Assembly (NCBI GenBank): GCA_951406725.2
Contig: OX597818.1
Coordinates: forward strand, 24,800,001-24,864,000
DNA length: 64,000 bases
Direction of reading: 5' to 3'
Origin: Octopus vulgaris
Lineage: Eukaryota
Shown here: piece after piece, positions 25,171-39,244 of the stretch
Position numbering within the stretch: position 1 is the first letter of the stretch
Layout of the letters: the number at the start of each line of letters is the position of its first letter
Notes under the pieces: model-generated
Told to the model about the DNA's origin: nothing
The model's input: the letters and a program-made list of their open reading frames with translations, nothing else
Database searches by the model: none
Program-made: the position numbers and the translations under genes

Positions 25171-26486
25171 CAAAAGAAATATAAAGAGTTAATAAAGTAC
25201 ATTTACTTTCTTTTGTTGAAAAGAAATATCAGGAGGTTGAGCCTTACAGAAGAGATAACAAAGGACCAAGATGATTGGCAATTCAGTGTGTTTGAGAATA
25301 CCTGTCCATCACAGCATAATTGATATCCTAAAAGTTTTTGTCTATAAATACAACTAGATCCTGTCCTAGCACCCAATCTGTTCCTTTCAAGCATACATCT
25401 CATCTGATCAACTACACCTCCATCATTCTTCTAACTATAGCCCTATTTAGTTGCTGCAATTATATGAGAGCAAAATTACATATTTCATCTCCTTTTTGTG
25501 CTACCAGTTATCCCTCTCCCTACAACCACTTTCTTTTGACATTCAGCCCTTATTCTCAATATTATCCTTACTCTTTCTGTGCCATCAGCTATTGCACCCT
25601 TTCCTCTGAGTTATACTGTATAACTGCTATACCTCATTCTTAACACTCTCTTATATCTGCCATCAACAACCTCCACCTTTGTCCATCACTCGCTATATCC
25701 AACCCTATATATCTCTGTTCTCTATCTGTCACTGTATGCTTTGTTTTCCCTCACCCACCCCCATATATAATCTCCATATTTCTCATCAATCTAGTTTTAT
25801 TATTCAGCTGCTGTCCACTCTTTCTGCACTGCCACTCATCACCTCATCCATCATGAACCACTCCTATATCTTATCACCTCACCCCCAAATATATTTACCA
25901 TTGACAATGCTTCCACCCTTATTCACCATTCATTAGTCACATACTGTCATGAACCAACCCACACACCCTTCCCAACTTTCTCCCCCTATCTTCTCTTCTA
26001 TTAGCTTTCTTGTACCTTGATGGGTACACCCTGACACCTAATTACCACCAACTTTATCTTTCTTTGCAGTTACTCCTAACCACCCTTATAAAATACAGAG
26101 TAACTATGTATCTCCTCTACAGCAAGACACTTGTTCCTGTACTTCTATTATAGCCTCTTAACAGCAGTAAAGAGAGATTTTCTTTGTATAGTGAGTTACC
26201 TGGCAACCTCACTAGTGCTGGTGCCATGGAAAATATAACTAGTATACTTGGTGAAGTGGTTGCCATAAAAAAGGGCATCTAACTGTAGAAACCTTTCCAA
26301 AGCAGACACTGGAGCTTGACATGGTCCTCTAAGTAGTCAGATCCAATCAAACTGTCCAACTCATGTCAACATAGTAGATGGCTGTTAAGATGATGATAAC
26401 TTTTAAAATGCAACACGTGAACTCATAATATATAATAATGTTTGTTTGTGTCAGTGAATTTGATATGTCCTGCATTATGACATTTT

Positions 26487-26767
26487 GAGTGTACTATGCC
26501 AACTTGCTGAGACAGTTATGAAATACTATCAAGACCAAACACTCAGGAAAACTGACAAAAGGGGTTTTGTTTCATTAGGACAATGGTCCAGCACACAAGT
26601 CCTTGCTTTCAATGGCTGCTGTGCATGACTGTGGCTTTGAAATGGTTGATCCTCCTCTCTTTGGCTGCATTTGACTACCAACTGTTCCTTAATATGAAAA
26701 AAAAAAAAAACCCACTTGGCTAGGAACCAGTATGGCAGTGATGAGATGATGTCATATCTGCTGCTGA
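26487..26767 (+). repeat. Local duplicate of mariner segment 23937-24213
   Basis: Near-identical at an offset of about 2550 bp, including the same disabling lesions. Confidence 0.88.
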
Positions 26768-26769
26768 CA

Positions 26770-27545
26770 TATTTCATCCTCTGCATGACTGGCCCGAACA
26801 GTGTACCTTGCTTACTGTGTCTGTCCACTATTTATCAGTAGCGGAACAGCCAACTTCTCACTTGGGGGTGTCTTACATAACACCTCCCCACTTTGAAATT
26901 TTTCTTTTTTCTTTCACACAACATAATTTTCTTTCTTCAGAATACTGCAGGTAGTACCAGTCTACATTGTTTGCTAGTAGCACTACTAACACATAGCGAC
27001 CTGATTTAAATCCTTCAAACGGGATTTATTATTTTTCAGTGTGTAGTTCAGTTCTGTGTTAGAGTTCCAGTTTTATCAGACATTTTTTTCTTCAGAATCT
27101 TTTTGCAATAGAATATATATACTTTTCACTGTGTGTATATTATTTTTCACTACGGGTAGTTCAGTTCTTTGTGAGTTCAAATCCTATTTTGGGATTTTTC
27201 TGACATTTTCTTCTTCAGCATCTTTTTTCAATAGAATTTATATATTTTTCACCGTGTGTAGTTCAGTTCTGTGTTAGTTCAAATCCTCCTTCAAGTTTTT
27301 CACTGTGTGTAGTTCTTCCATTTCGACACACTTACGAGCATTTGTAACCTTGTTACCACTGTTATAATGGCACCGTCATACAGTGGGAGGTATCCTCGTC
27401 GCCACTGATATGTCTTCAATGTGTGTAGTTCAAATCCTCATCGCCACTGATATGTTCTGCATTATGATGATGTATTTCATCATCTGCGTGACTGTCCACT
27501 ATTTATCGGTAGTGGAACAGCCTACTTATCACTTGGGGGTGTCTG
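26770..27545. repeat. Unclassified internally repetitive element
   Basis: GTGTGTAGTTCAGTTCTGTG-type motif repeated at least 5 times; direct repeats ending ...CACTTGGGGGTGTC at about 26872 and 27543. Confidence 0.55.
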
Positions 27546-27945
27546 CCAGAACAGAATTTAAGAATCTTAGAAACACTAAAAATTGTTTCAATTGTCACAA
27601 AGATGTCTATTTATTGTTCAATAAGACGAAAAGTATTCTTACCAGACCACCCACCTCAATTTTCAAATATTTTCAAAATGTTGGAATTTCAGGTTATAGA
27701 AGGTAATTTTTATAGATGCAAAGACTAATTGGGTATATCAGAAATAGAAACAGTAAGCTTAGTCACATGAGAGCAGTAAAGTTTAAATGATGTGTATTTC
27801 AGCATTGTTCTTGAGGTGGCTAGTTGGTAAAAAGGAGAAAAATATGATAAAAGTGAAATTTAACTTCATACAGTTGAACATCCTCTCTCAAGTATTTACT
27901 CCCATTGAGAATTGACATGAATACACAATAGAATAACAACTATAC

Positions 27946-28052
27946 CTATTTGACATGTGTAATCTGTAGCACCAAATATCAATTCTGGGGCTCGGTAATA
28001 TCTCGAACAGATGTAGGACACATTTGGTTCTCCTCTCACTAATACTTTTGCA
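27946..28052 (-). CDS. GSK3B: GSK3 coding exon 6: (S)[35 protein letters not shown](D)
   Basis: 107 nt; activation loop with the Tyr216-equivalent (SYICSR) and APE; lies inside ORF 27896..28084. Confidence 0.97.
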
Positions 28053-28844
28053 CTGAAATTAGAAACAAAGAGGGAATGCAACATTGAATAAATTTACTAA
28101 CAATATTTTAAAATTAAAAATTTGTCTGCAGGAAAATTACCAAATCCTCTTTGAAACCTTAATGCAACAACAAATAATGATTAAATGACAAAACAAAAAC
28201 AAAAAAACAAACAAACTGTAATTAAAAGAAATAACCCATTGTATGATATCGAGATGTCTTTTTTGTCTTGCAAGTTATGTGGTGACCTTGCTGGTGCCAT
28301 GCAAAAAACACGTAGTACACTCTGTAAAGTGGTAGGCATTATGAAGGGCATCCAGCTGTAGAAACTGTGTCAAAACAGTAGAGCTAGACACAATTCTCTG
28401 GCTCACGAGTTTCTGTTAAGCTGTCCAGCTCATGCCAGCATGGAAAACAGATGTCAGATGATGATGTTGATGAAAACTATGGGATTCCAACATAAGAATC
28501 ATTTGTTAAAGAGACACAATTTAATAAAAAACAAGATATGTTTTTAACATAATGCTTGCATAGTTTTGAAGTATAGCAGCATTACAATTGATTAACTCTA
28601 CTATTCAGTAGAGATTAGAGAGGTACAGTTTATTTAGTTTGATGGGGACCAGTGCTTTATGGCAACTCAAAAGAGAATGAGACAAGAGAAGAAATTTGTG
28701 AGAAGTTAAATTATTATATTTACATATGAACAAAATTACATACTGTGAATTATTTCAGTTTAGGAACATTGTAAATGTCTACATGCTTTGGTAGAACATG
28801 GAAAAAGCAAAACTTAACAAAAATAGTATCAATCTTAAGATTTA

Positions 28845-29027
<183 letters not shown>

Positions 29028-29036
29028 TCATTAATA

Positions 29037-31392
29037 CAGTGCTCCTCTTTACAAGGCATCTTGCTATACTGCGTCCCTGCATATAATGCGGGTGGTTTGA
29101 TGGACCCCAAATAATTTGACGCAGAATTTCCCTCATTATCATTCACAACTTGCAATAACCTTGATTAAAAGCAGAATTTCAGCGAATTTCAACTGAATAC
29201 ATACCTTAATTAACAGCTTGAAAATATTGCAATCGGTTACCATATAATTGGGTGCTAATTAATTGCTTTGTGAGCATAATTTTTGATTTTGTGATGAAAA
29301 CAACACCTTTTTGACCAGTGAGTGCTTTTGACAGTTTGTTTTCCACGATTTGAATGGATTGTTTGAAGAAGCTTCCGCCAATCAAAGGAGTCAAACAAAA
29401 TAATGGTGAAAGGAAGTAATTAACACCCTGGAGGTATGATTTATATAAAAGGGAGACCATATCCCACTTCATTCATTACAATTTCAAGCTACCGTGCAGA
29501 TATTATTTAAAAAATAATTTACCATATGAATACACAATGCCTAAGAGGAAATCCTATTCTGTTAAGGAAAAGCTAAATCTGGTTGATCGCATATGAAATG
29601 GTGAAATCAAAGCCAAACTATCAAGATAGACTGGTGTTCAAGAGTCCACCCTGCATGGTTGGGTTAAGGATGAGGCTAACCTCAAGAGTTATGTAAATAC
29701 AGTTGTGGACAGTGAGGGCCTAGCTAGGAAGAAGGCCAGGACTGCCACTGGCAGTGAACTTGAGAAAGCAGTTTTCACCTGGTTTGTCCAGGAGCAGAGT
29801 GGCAGCACCCCACTGTCAGGCGCCATTATCAGAACCCAGGCAGTGAAATTTCATAGCCAACTGCAACCAGAGCAACCTGACCAGCAGACCTTTCGAGCTA
29901 CCAAGGCGTGGTTGTAAAGGTTCCAGAAGTGCCATGGTATAGGTGCTGTTAAGATCAGTGGGTAGCAAAGATCAGCAGACAGCCAAGCTGCAGATGACTT
30001 CCCAGCTACCCTGAAGCAGCATATGGAAGCTGAGTCTCTCACCCCAAAACAACTGTACAATGCAGAGGAGTCTGGCCTCTACTGGAAGATGCTACCAAAC
30101 AACACCCTAGCAGTAACAACAGCTGCCCATAAGACCTTGGGCTACAAACAGGTAAAGAACAGATGCACCATCCTCTTTGCCTACAATGGGACAGGTACCC
30201 ACAAGCTTAAACCCCTGGTTGTGGGCAAGTTTTGATCACCCAAGTGCTTCCACCATGTAAATATGAACAATCTACCAGTGTTTTACAAACACTCAGCCAG
30301 GTCATGGATGACAGCTAGCATATTTGAAAAATGGTTCTTCAAGTCATTTGTCCCTAGTGTTAGGAGCCTCAACCTACCAGAGAAAGCTATCTTCCTGCTA
30401 GATAACTGCTCTGCCCACCCACAGGGAGACATCCTACAATCAAGAGATGGCCAGGTCAAGGTCCTCTATCCACCCAAGAACACAACTAGCAAAATACAGC
30501 CCTGTGATGCTAACATCATTCTAGCCTTCAAAAACCACCTACAAGAAGGAGTTCATCCTGGAAACGATAGAATTTCTGCTTAGAGTTCCAGACTATCTGA
30601 AGAAGCTTACCAACAAGGATACCAGTGACTTGTCAAGCAGAGCCTGGGCTGCAGTGAGAATGAAGACCATAGCCAACTACTGGAACAACACAGCCAACTG
30701 CTGGTGCAGCTTTCCCACAGCCCCAACAGCCAGAAAATGAGGAATTCATGGGATTCACTGAGGAAGAGAATAGCATCTAGAGGATACAATGACCCTACAA
30801 AACTGAGTTAGCAGGTGACAGGAAGCAGAGGAAGCCATACCCCAACATACCTCACACCTCAAGTGGCTTACAGAATACACTGAGTGTGAAGACTATGACC
30901 CAGTCTACACCTGAAGAACCTGCTCAGGCAGGCACAGATTAAGATGAGGAAAGGACTGTGCCAGAAGCTGACAGACTTTTTTAAGTGATCAAGTTAAAAA
31001 CTATTAAATATGAACTTTCATACAATATAACTTTATTAATTAAACATACTTTTAAGGGCTTTCAAATCATTCACTAGGTGGCATGACATCAGAAATGTAA
31101 TGTAAAGGCATTTCATAAGTATTTATTGAAAACTCTTATTTTAGAGTCAACTGGAATTACTTACGGAAGTAAACAATGTAAATAGTTCTTAAAAGTTGTT
31201 GTAAGTGCTTTAATTCATGATATTTTAAAGTAATTTATTGGTATTGTATACTAAATGTTAAACTTGATTGAATATGTTTTTTTTTTGTTCGTGCACTTTA
31301 CTAATCAAACCAAATATCTCATTTTCTTCTATTATCACCTGCCCCCCACTTACCTGTGAATCCATTACCCACATTATAGAGAGGGAGCACTG
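29037..31392 (+). mobile_element. Full-length but decayed Tigger/pogo DNA transposon (about 2.36 kb)
   Basis: TA|CAGTGCTCC ... GGAGCACTG|TA. The transposase pseudogene runs from ATG 29537 (MPKRKSYSVKEKL, CENP-B-type HTH) through LYNAEESGLYWK, SWMT, LLDNCSAHP and NTTSKIQPCD to LTDFF near 30985, with multiple stops. Confidence 0.92.
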
Positions 31393-33985
31393 TATACAGT
31401 AAGTATTTCATACCAAAATTCCAATACAAGTATATATAAAATTGTCATTGAGATAAAATACTCCCTACTCAGCAAGTGTACACAAGACCAGCTTGTGGTT
31501 GTCCAATAAGCTTTGAATCAACTATTAATTTGCTGTATGAAGAAAGCCAAAAGATTGGATGCTTCAACTTCAAGATTGTCATGCATAATTTTCCCTGATG
31601 TCTAAGAAAGGATATCCTAATGTACTAGGTAGCTCCAGTATATATTTTAATAGGAGCTTGACAATACTGAAAAATTTATTTACATTCAATATGCTTAATA
31701 AAATATCATTACTTGGAATGGAGAATCACACTTTAAGTGAGGTTTACAGGATAGGGCAATGATTAAAATGAAAAGTTGTAAGTTAACAAGTGTGAGAAAA
31801 ATAAGAATTTGATGGCCAACATTGTGTCAATCTTAAATTTTTGTAAAAAATGCAGAGAAATATAATCAATCTGTGATGTGACTATGAAATATTGTCTGGC
31901 TTTAAAACTATGATTTTAGAGCCCCAAAGATATGGCAATTGGAACTGTTGGTGACAGTAAACATGTTGCTGAGTTCTGAGTGTGTCATTGTGTGAATGTA
32001 CGTGTATACACACACGCATGTGTGTGTGTGTGTGTACAAAGTCCGTGATGGTTATCCCCTTTTCTTTTGGCCATTTCTCCGTGAATTATGGTTCAGAATT
32101 TGTATATTCTAAAATTAAAAGTAGAGGGGAGATTTAGTTGATATCTTTATAAATGCTAAGGTAACTTATTGAAAAGCTTTATAGTACCTTATTAATTTAT
32201 ATGCTGTATGAAAGCGTATCCTGAAAGTAAATACTAGCTACTATAAAAATGATCATTGTCATCATTATTTAGTGTCCACTTTCCATGCTGGAATGGGTTA
32301 GATGGTTTGACTGGAACTAGTAAGCTGGAAAGAGTATTGTGGGTGCCTTTTATGTGTCTGTGGGATGGGTGCCTATTAGGTGTTACTGGCACTGGCTATG
32401 ACTACGATTTCACAAGGCTTGGTGAGTCTTCTCAAGCACAGCAAATCACCAAAGGTCTCAACCATTTATTACTGTATTCATGAGACCCAACATTTGAAGA
32501 TCATATTTCACCACCTCATTATATATTTTCCTGGGTCTACTTCTTCCTTTACTAGAGAAAGGAAGTGTGCGATGGCTACTGTTTGCTACTATTTCATGAT
32601 ATATTTTCACAGAGAAAATATGTGTGCAGCAGAAGTGTTCTGAAAACTAACCTAGATGCAACTAAATTTCTTCAGCATTCTTGCTGATCAAATTAGAGAC
32701 TATACATTTTAAATCTTAACTCTTAGGACAATGTGATCATAGCAGAAAGTAAATGATCACAGCTATAATGCTGAGCAAAAGCTGAAAGTCCAACCTCAAT
32801 TAACATTTTGTAACTACAAATTAATGGGTGCTAGGCTTGTGAGTTTCTCCAAAGAGCTACTCAACACTAACAGTTAACAAAGAAGTCTTCTCGTAGTTGA
32901 ATGTCAAGGATCTATCAATGTAATAAGGAAAAGAAACAAATATTGTTGGATATTATGGATATGCATAATACTAGATATGCTTATCAGAAATGCCATTATT
33001 AAGTGACTTCACAATAAACTTCTTTTATGGTTAGTTTGTTGATTTCAAGTTTGTGTCTTTCAGTTACAAAGAGTAAGATAGCTGAGTTGATAAGGAACTA
33101 GACAACATGTCAGAAAATTGAATCTGGTCACTTATATTATGTTGAGTCTTAGCTCTCAAAAGTTACATTACTTTGATGTTTTACACTGGATATAAAATAA
33201 TTTTGTGACAGGAGTAAATATCAGCTAGATCAAAACATTTTCATTAAGTTGGTACTGTGAGCATTATAATTCATCATTTTAAGCAATGAAGACACTGCAA
33301 AGCCAGTGAAGGAGCCTTTACACAGTTGCTTGACCAGATACAAATAATAGTCAAACTTTCTCAGCTCATACTCTAATAACTGAAAAATGAAATAACAGAT
33401 TGAACAATGTAGATCTGGGTTCACTGTCTAACAAAAAAGGAGATGGAATAGTTACTGCTGGAACAATTGCTCATACACCTGTTGGATGAAGTCTGACCTG
33501 GTGTTAAACACCAACAAGACGCAACAGCAGTGATATTGTGGAACTGATGAATGTATTTTATTAGTTTGCAGTGACAAGATCTATTTCTTCCAAGGGAAAA
33601 GCTCCATGTGAAAGAGAAGCATTATATTCATGAGACTTAGCTTCCTATCTACTATGGAGATCAAAAATAAGCATTAGTAGAATGGATTCTTGTGAGTCAG
33701 AAAAAATAATTTTTATCTGTGTGAGTGTGTAAAATTAACTCCTTCCTGAAAACACTATCTGATTTAACTGCCATCTTTTCAAGTTAGGTTCACATGAGCT
33801 GTTTGATTTAAATACAATTCAGATGGAAATAATTTCAGCACGACCAGGACCACAATAAACCCTCCACAATTAGAGCTCGACATTTCTTTACGCAGCTGTC
33901 TTTATCCATATGCACCATATGACCAAACCAGCTCAGTCTTCTCTCTTGCACACATCTGATGCCTCAACATCTCCTGGAGATTTAA

Positions 33986-34402
33986 TCCATTAGCATTCGG
34001 ATTATTCTGTTAAACACAATGCTTATTTATTCACATAGTTTGAATTAATCAAGCATTATTTCATAACTTCAAAATTTCAACGATGAGATTGCTTATTTTT
34101 AGAATGACATTGTAGGGTAGGTGTGAGAGGCTGAATCTGACTGACTTTAACATAAAAAATGCAAATTATTTGGGTGTGGTATGGTTAGTTTGGCATTCAG
34201 ATTACTGTCAAATGTAATGCTTATTTATTCACACTGTTTTCAATTAATCATGAATTATCTCAAAGCTTCGAGATTTTGATGATGTGATTGTTTATATTTA
34301 GAATGACATTATAGGGTAGATGCAAGCGGCCAGACTTGACCAGTTTGAACATAGAGCCAGAAGAATATTTGGGCCAGATATGACCAGTTTAAATGCTAAA
34401 GG
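33986..34402. mobile_element. Head-to-tail dimer of the piggyBac-type MITE (family of 7381-7552)
   Basis: TTAA at 33982 and 34403; a unit of about 205 bp is repeated from about 34191. Confidence 0.75.
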
Positions 34403-34639
34403 TTAAACTTGCAATTACTGGTCTGTTCACAATAATCTAATACTTTATCTAATAAAATTAACTGCAATGGAATTTGAATTTAGAGTGCAGAGTCAAAGCA
34501 ATTACCACAAGGCATTAAGGCACAGGTTTTGGTGTATAGTTAAGAAGCTTGTTTCCTAAACATATGGTCTTGGGTTCAGTCCCACTGAATGGCACCTTGT
34601 GAGTGGATTTGGTATGTAGACACTGAAAGAAGCCTATAT

Positions 34640-35138
34640 TATCATCATCCATCATTTTGAATCCGGGTTTTGTCCCCATTAATGGGAGTGGATGGATCTA
34701 CCTCAATGTCTAGGCAACCACCTTCACACCATCTCGCCTGGTTTGGGGCGTCCTCCCTTCTCAAGCCAACCCTCCCAATCTCCTCTTCCACCTGTCCCCT
34801 CCACATTTTCCTTGGTCTACATTGCTTTCACACTATTTACCTCAAACTCTAGCACCCTCTTCAGAACATGCTCCTCAACACATGCCCATACTACCACACC
34901 CCATTTGCCCTTGATGGCAATTCCACCGGTTCCTCCAATCCCAGCATCCCCATCAAGTCCTCAGTCCTCCTCTTATCAAACAGCCTCACACCACACATTT
35001 CTCTCACCATTGCTCTCTCAGTCCTTCTCAAAATTACCATCCCTCTCTCTCTCTCTCTCAAACACCATGTCTCACTCCCATACAGCATTGCAGCTCTCAC
35101 ACAACTCCTATAGACCTTTCCTTTCGAAAAAGCCTCAT
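34640..35138 (-). mobile_element. 3' fragment of a second RTE LINE family
   Basis: ORF 34891..35184 contains KGKVYRSCVRAAMLYGSETWCL; distinct tail GGGGACAAAACCCGGATTCAAAA followed by GAT repeats. Confidence 0.85.
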
Positions 35139-35139
35139 G

Positions 35140-35177
<38 letters not shown>

Positions 35178-35349
35178 CATACACTCACACAAGTGTGTTG
35201 GTGCAAAAAGAAAAAAATAGATCTTAAAGTATGAGTATATTTTTATTAATATTTAGAAGAAGTAACCGAGTTTGGTAAGTACCAGTGCATGAAACTCTCT
35301 GAACTTGAGTCACTGTTACTTCTGCTAAATATTAATAAATATATATATA

Positions 35350-35511
35350 GAGGCATGTAAAAAACACCCACTACACCCTCGGAGTGGTTGGCGTTAGGAA
35401 GGACATCCCAGCCATAGAAACCTTACCAAATCAGATCGGAACCTGGTGCAGTTCCATGGCTTACCAATTTCCAAGCATAGAAAATAGATGTTAAATGATG
35501 ATGATAATTAT

Positions 35512-35567
<56 letters not shown>

Positions 35568-35880
35568 CCGTGCCAGTGGAATGTTAAAAGCACTATTCAA
35601 GTGTGATCATTGCCAAGGCCGCTGACTACCTCCCATGCCGGTGGCACGTAAAAAGCACCATTTGAGCAAGGCCGATGCCAGTACTGCCTGACTGGCCCTC
35701 GTGTCGGTAGCATGTAAAAGCACCCACTACACTCTTGGAGTGGTTGGCATTAGGAAGGGCATCTAGCAGTAGAAACTTTGTCAGATCAGATTGGAGCAGC
35801 CTTCTGGCTTGCCAGCCCTCAATCAAACCATCCAACCCATGCCAGCATGGAAAGCAGACATTAAATGATGATGATGATGA
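35350..35880 (+). mobile_element. Two RTE 3' end fragments separated by (TA)n(CA)n
   Basis: CACCCACTACAC..GGAGTGGTTGGC.TTAGGAAGG modules with GAT tails. Confidence 0.85.
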
Positions 35881-36239
35881 ATTCAATTTCTTTGCACAGA
35901 TTATTTGATTTTTATTCAAATTCATTACATCTTTAGCAGTAAGATACTCCACATCACTCTATACCAAAATATTAACTTGTTTATAGAGAACTCCACTGTA
36001 TATCACTTCTTTTTTTATTTTATTCTTCAAATAATGAACAACAGTGCCATTAGTTACAGGTCTTTGATGGTTCACTGAAATTCTGATGACAAGATTGGTA
36101 TGAATCCCTGTTTCTCAATGTAGAAGAAATTTTTACAAGTGACTGTTCAAAAAGCACGAAATTTCAGTTTTCTTAAAAATGCTTACATCTTTTGTAGATA
36201 TAGGTATATATACGCATATACACACCATATATATCAGCA

Positions 36240-36860
36240 TTACTCTTTTTGCATCCGCTTTTCTATGCTTGTGTGGATTGCAAAGATCCTTTCCAACAAT
36301 GCCTTGCCATTTGCTGAGTTTCTTTGTCACTTTGTGTGAGATTCAACATCTTGAGATTAGCTTTTACTGCTTCTTCCCATGTTTTTCTTGGTCTACCTCT
36401 TTCCAGGAACTTCTTTACCTAAATATTACCCTTCAAAATCATCCCATTTGTACCAACACAGTCTTTGTTCTTGCACATTACAACTGATTCCTCTTATATC
36501 TAGTTTATCTCTCACTTCATTTGTACCATGTTGTTTATACACACTAATATTACATGTCTAATGGAGAATACTTGCTTTATGGCTTTTCAACCTCCATACA
36601 TCTTCTGCAGTCACTGTTATGACTCCAAATCATGCAGTATTGAACTTCGTATGGAAGCAACATAAAATTTACCCCTCACTTGAAGAAAGAATCTCCTTGT
36701 TGCCTGATAAGGCATTAGCTCCCTGAACTGTTCCCACCTTGTCTTTATTCTAGTTACTATGCTTTCAGAGCTTTCTTCTCCATTGCTGATTAGGCTGCCC
36801 AGTTAAAAAAAGATATCATCTATTTTTATGGAGCCTGCTAAGCATTGAAAAGAATTTATT
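36240..36860 (-). mobile_element. Old decayed RTE fragment
   Basis: The minus strand resembles the RTE C-terminus and tail. Confidence 0.6.
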
Positions 36861-37116
36861 TCAATACTGCTCAGGTCAGTTTTCATATATCTTTATCTCA
36901 CATATACATATAAACAACAGGCTTCTGCACAATTTCCATCAACCAAATTTCACTCACAAGATATTAGTCAATTCAAGGTAGACACTCATAGTGAAGCACA
37001 GTGAGATTCAAAACAAAGAAGCACATGGTTGCAAAGTTAACTTCTTAACCATACACCAATGCCTGTGCCCACATAGCTCACAATAATGATTCAAAAGTAG
37101 ATAACAATTCATTTAC

Positions 37117-37227
37117 CTTAATATACAAGATTGGTATTGTCTGTTTAGACTTGCAGTAATGTCTAGCTACTCTATACACAGTCTCAGGAACATATTCCAG
37201 GACTAAATTCAGGAATACTTCATCTTT
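37117..37227 (-). CDS. GSK3B: GSK3 coding exon 4: [37 protein letters not shown]
   Basis: 111 nt, tttcag|AAA ... AAG|gtaaat; hinge region. Confidence 0.97.
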
Positions 37228-38688
37228 CTGAAACAGAAAAAGAAAAAGAAAATGAAAAAGAAATTTAAAATTTGTAAACCAGATTCAAAAACAAACAATA
37301 ATATTATGCACTGAAATACACTGCAACATCAGATAGTTAAAAGTTAGCAAGTTTAACTGGTTAACAGCTCAAGTCTCATCTACTGAAATAGTGTAGGTAA
37401 ACTATAACAAATCAATGAAAATTTTCATCCTCAAACAGGTTTTTTCTCCTTATATATTTCTTGGAGTCACAAACTCAAAATAACGAAAGCATAACATTTT
37501 TTGCTACTGTTCCTAGATATCAACTTAGCATGAATACAATTACATATGGGAAATAATATGATCTTAACATGTTTACTTTTAATCAATTGTATTTTAAAAA
37601 GTTTTACATATACTTAAACATAAAGAACCACTCTCACCTACAACTGTGAAACTAAATATAACCTAACTGTAGACACAACTCTCTACTTCAATTCCAATTA
37701 AGAAGGTTCCTTTAGTTGTAGTGAAGGCATTGTATCGAGGAAGCTGGGTATCAGTGTAAAAGGGTCTTTTTATTTTTTTAGAGACATGGCTCAATTAAGT
37801 TACAGTGAAGGACACCACTCAAAGGGAGCAGTCAATGTGAATTGAAACTGATAAAGGGGAGAAAGTCCTGTAGGAAAATATGTCTCATGAATCAGTGGCA
37901 TGATAATTACATCCAGTCAAAAATTCCCAAGCAATAAATAAGTCACACCATACACTGAATAATAATTGCAACCCTAACTGTATCAACAAAATTGATATGT
38001 ATTGTTTTAACATTGCACTAATGAGTAGTGTCAAGTGTAAGCACTCATGAACTATTATCTGCATAAGAGTGCACATTTTTAGAGGTGATGGCAAGTAGGT
38101 CAATGATACAGAGAAAGAAGAAGAAAAAAAAGGAGGGGGGGGCAAAGTTGAACTTTGGAGCATGCCAATGTTGATTGAAAGTGGTGCAGAAAGTGCTCCA
38201 TCAGCACATTCTTTGAGAGTGTGATCTACTAGGAAGTTAGCATTGCAAGAGATGAGAGATGCATAAAGCTTGTAGACAGGAAGTTTTAATAGGAGATTCA
38301 TGTGGACATGGTTGGAAGTATTGGTAATGTTGAGGAAAACATTGCTTTCAATGAACTTTTCAAAAGATATATGACTTATGAGAGCAGATCTCTGGTAGAT
38401 TTAATTCTATAGAAGCTTTACTATTGCTCAATGAAGGAAATTCAAGGTGTAGGACATCATTGTTTATGGTTGTCTCTTGTGCCTTTGAGAGTACAAGTGA
38501 ATGCAACAAAATGGCAGTTTGTTGGGTCAGAGTGGTTGCCTTTCTTGAGAATGGGGCACGGTGCAGTGGGTTTCCAAAAATGAGAGTAAATCCCCATAGA
38601 AAGTGAGACATTAAAGTGCTTGGTAAATATAGGAGCAGTGTTTGAATGTAATAGAACATTGTAAAGGTCAGTAGCTTTGTTGGTTTAA

Positions 38689-38907
38689 ACCTTCAGCATA
38701 TAAACTGCATTTATCCAGCCCAAATATTCTACATGTTTTATGTTCAAACTGGCTAGATTTGGCCTCTCACACTTACCATACATGTCAATCTAAAAACATG
38801 GAATCACATCATTGAAATCTCAAAGCTATGAGGCAATGCATGATTAATTCAAACCAATTTGAATAAATACGCGTTATGTTTGACAGAGTAATTTGAATGC
38901 TAAAGGA
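38689..38907. mobile_element. piggyBac-type MITE nested in the LINE relic
   Basis: TTAA at 38685 and 38908; degenerate TIR matching CCTTTAGCATT; same family as 7381-7552. Confidence 0.75.
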
Positions 38908-38910
38908 TTA

Positions 38911-39244
38911 AAGCAATCAGAGGTATTTTCTACATTTGGTAAGTGTATGTAAGATAAGGAACTCTTTAGGGTTAAAAGATTTGGTGGAAATTAACCAAGG
39001 ATGTGAAGTGTTGAGTTGGATGTGATGCAGGCAGTGAAGGTGGGGACTTTCCATTGCTGTTGAGGATTAGAGGAAAAAAGCAATCAGAGGTATTTTCTAC
39101 ATTTGGTAAGTGTATGTAAGATAAGGAACTCTTTAGGGTTAAAAGATTTGGTGGAAATTAACCAAGGATGTGAAGTGTTGAGTTGGATGTGATGCAGGCA
39201 GTGAAGGTGGGGACTTTCCATTGCTGTTGAGGATTAGAGGAAAA
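38911..39244. repeat. Apparently perfect 167-bp tandem duplication
   Basis: AAGCAATCAGAGG...GGATTAGAGGAAAA occurs at 38911 and 39078. Confidence 0.92.

Noticed and set aside
25330-26200. ORFs in the pyrimidine-rich tract
   Set aside because: Low-complexity sequence with no motifs or splice support.
29537-30988. Domesticated TIGD/Jerky/CENP-B gene
   Set aside because: Multiple stops and frameshifts plus retained TIRs with a TA duplication indicate a dead transposon.
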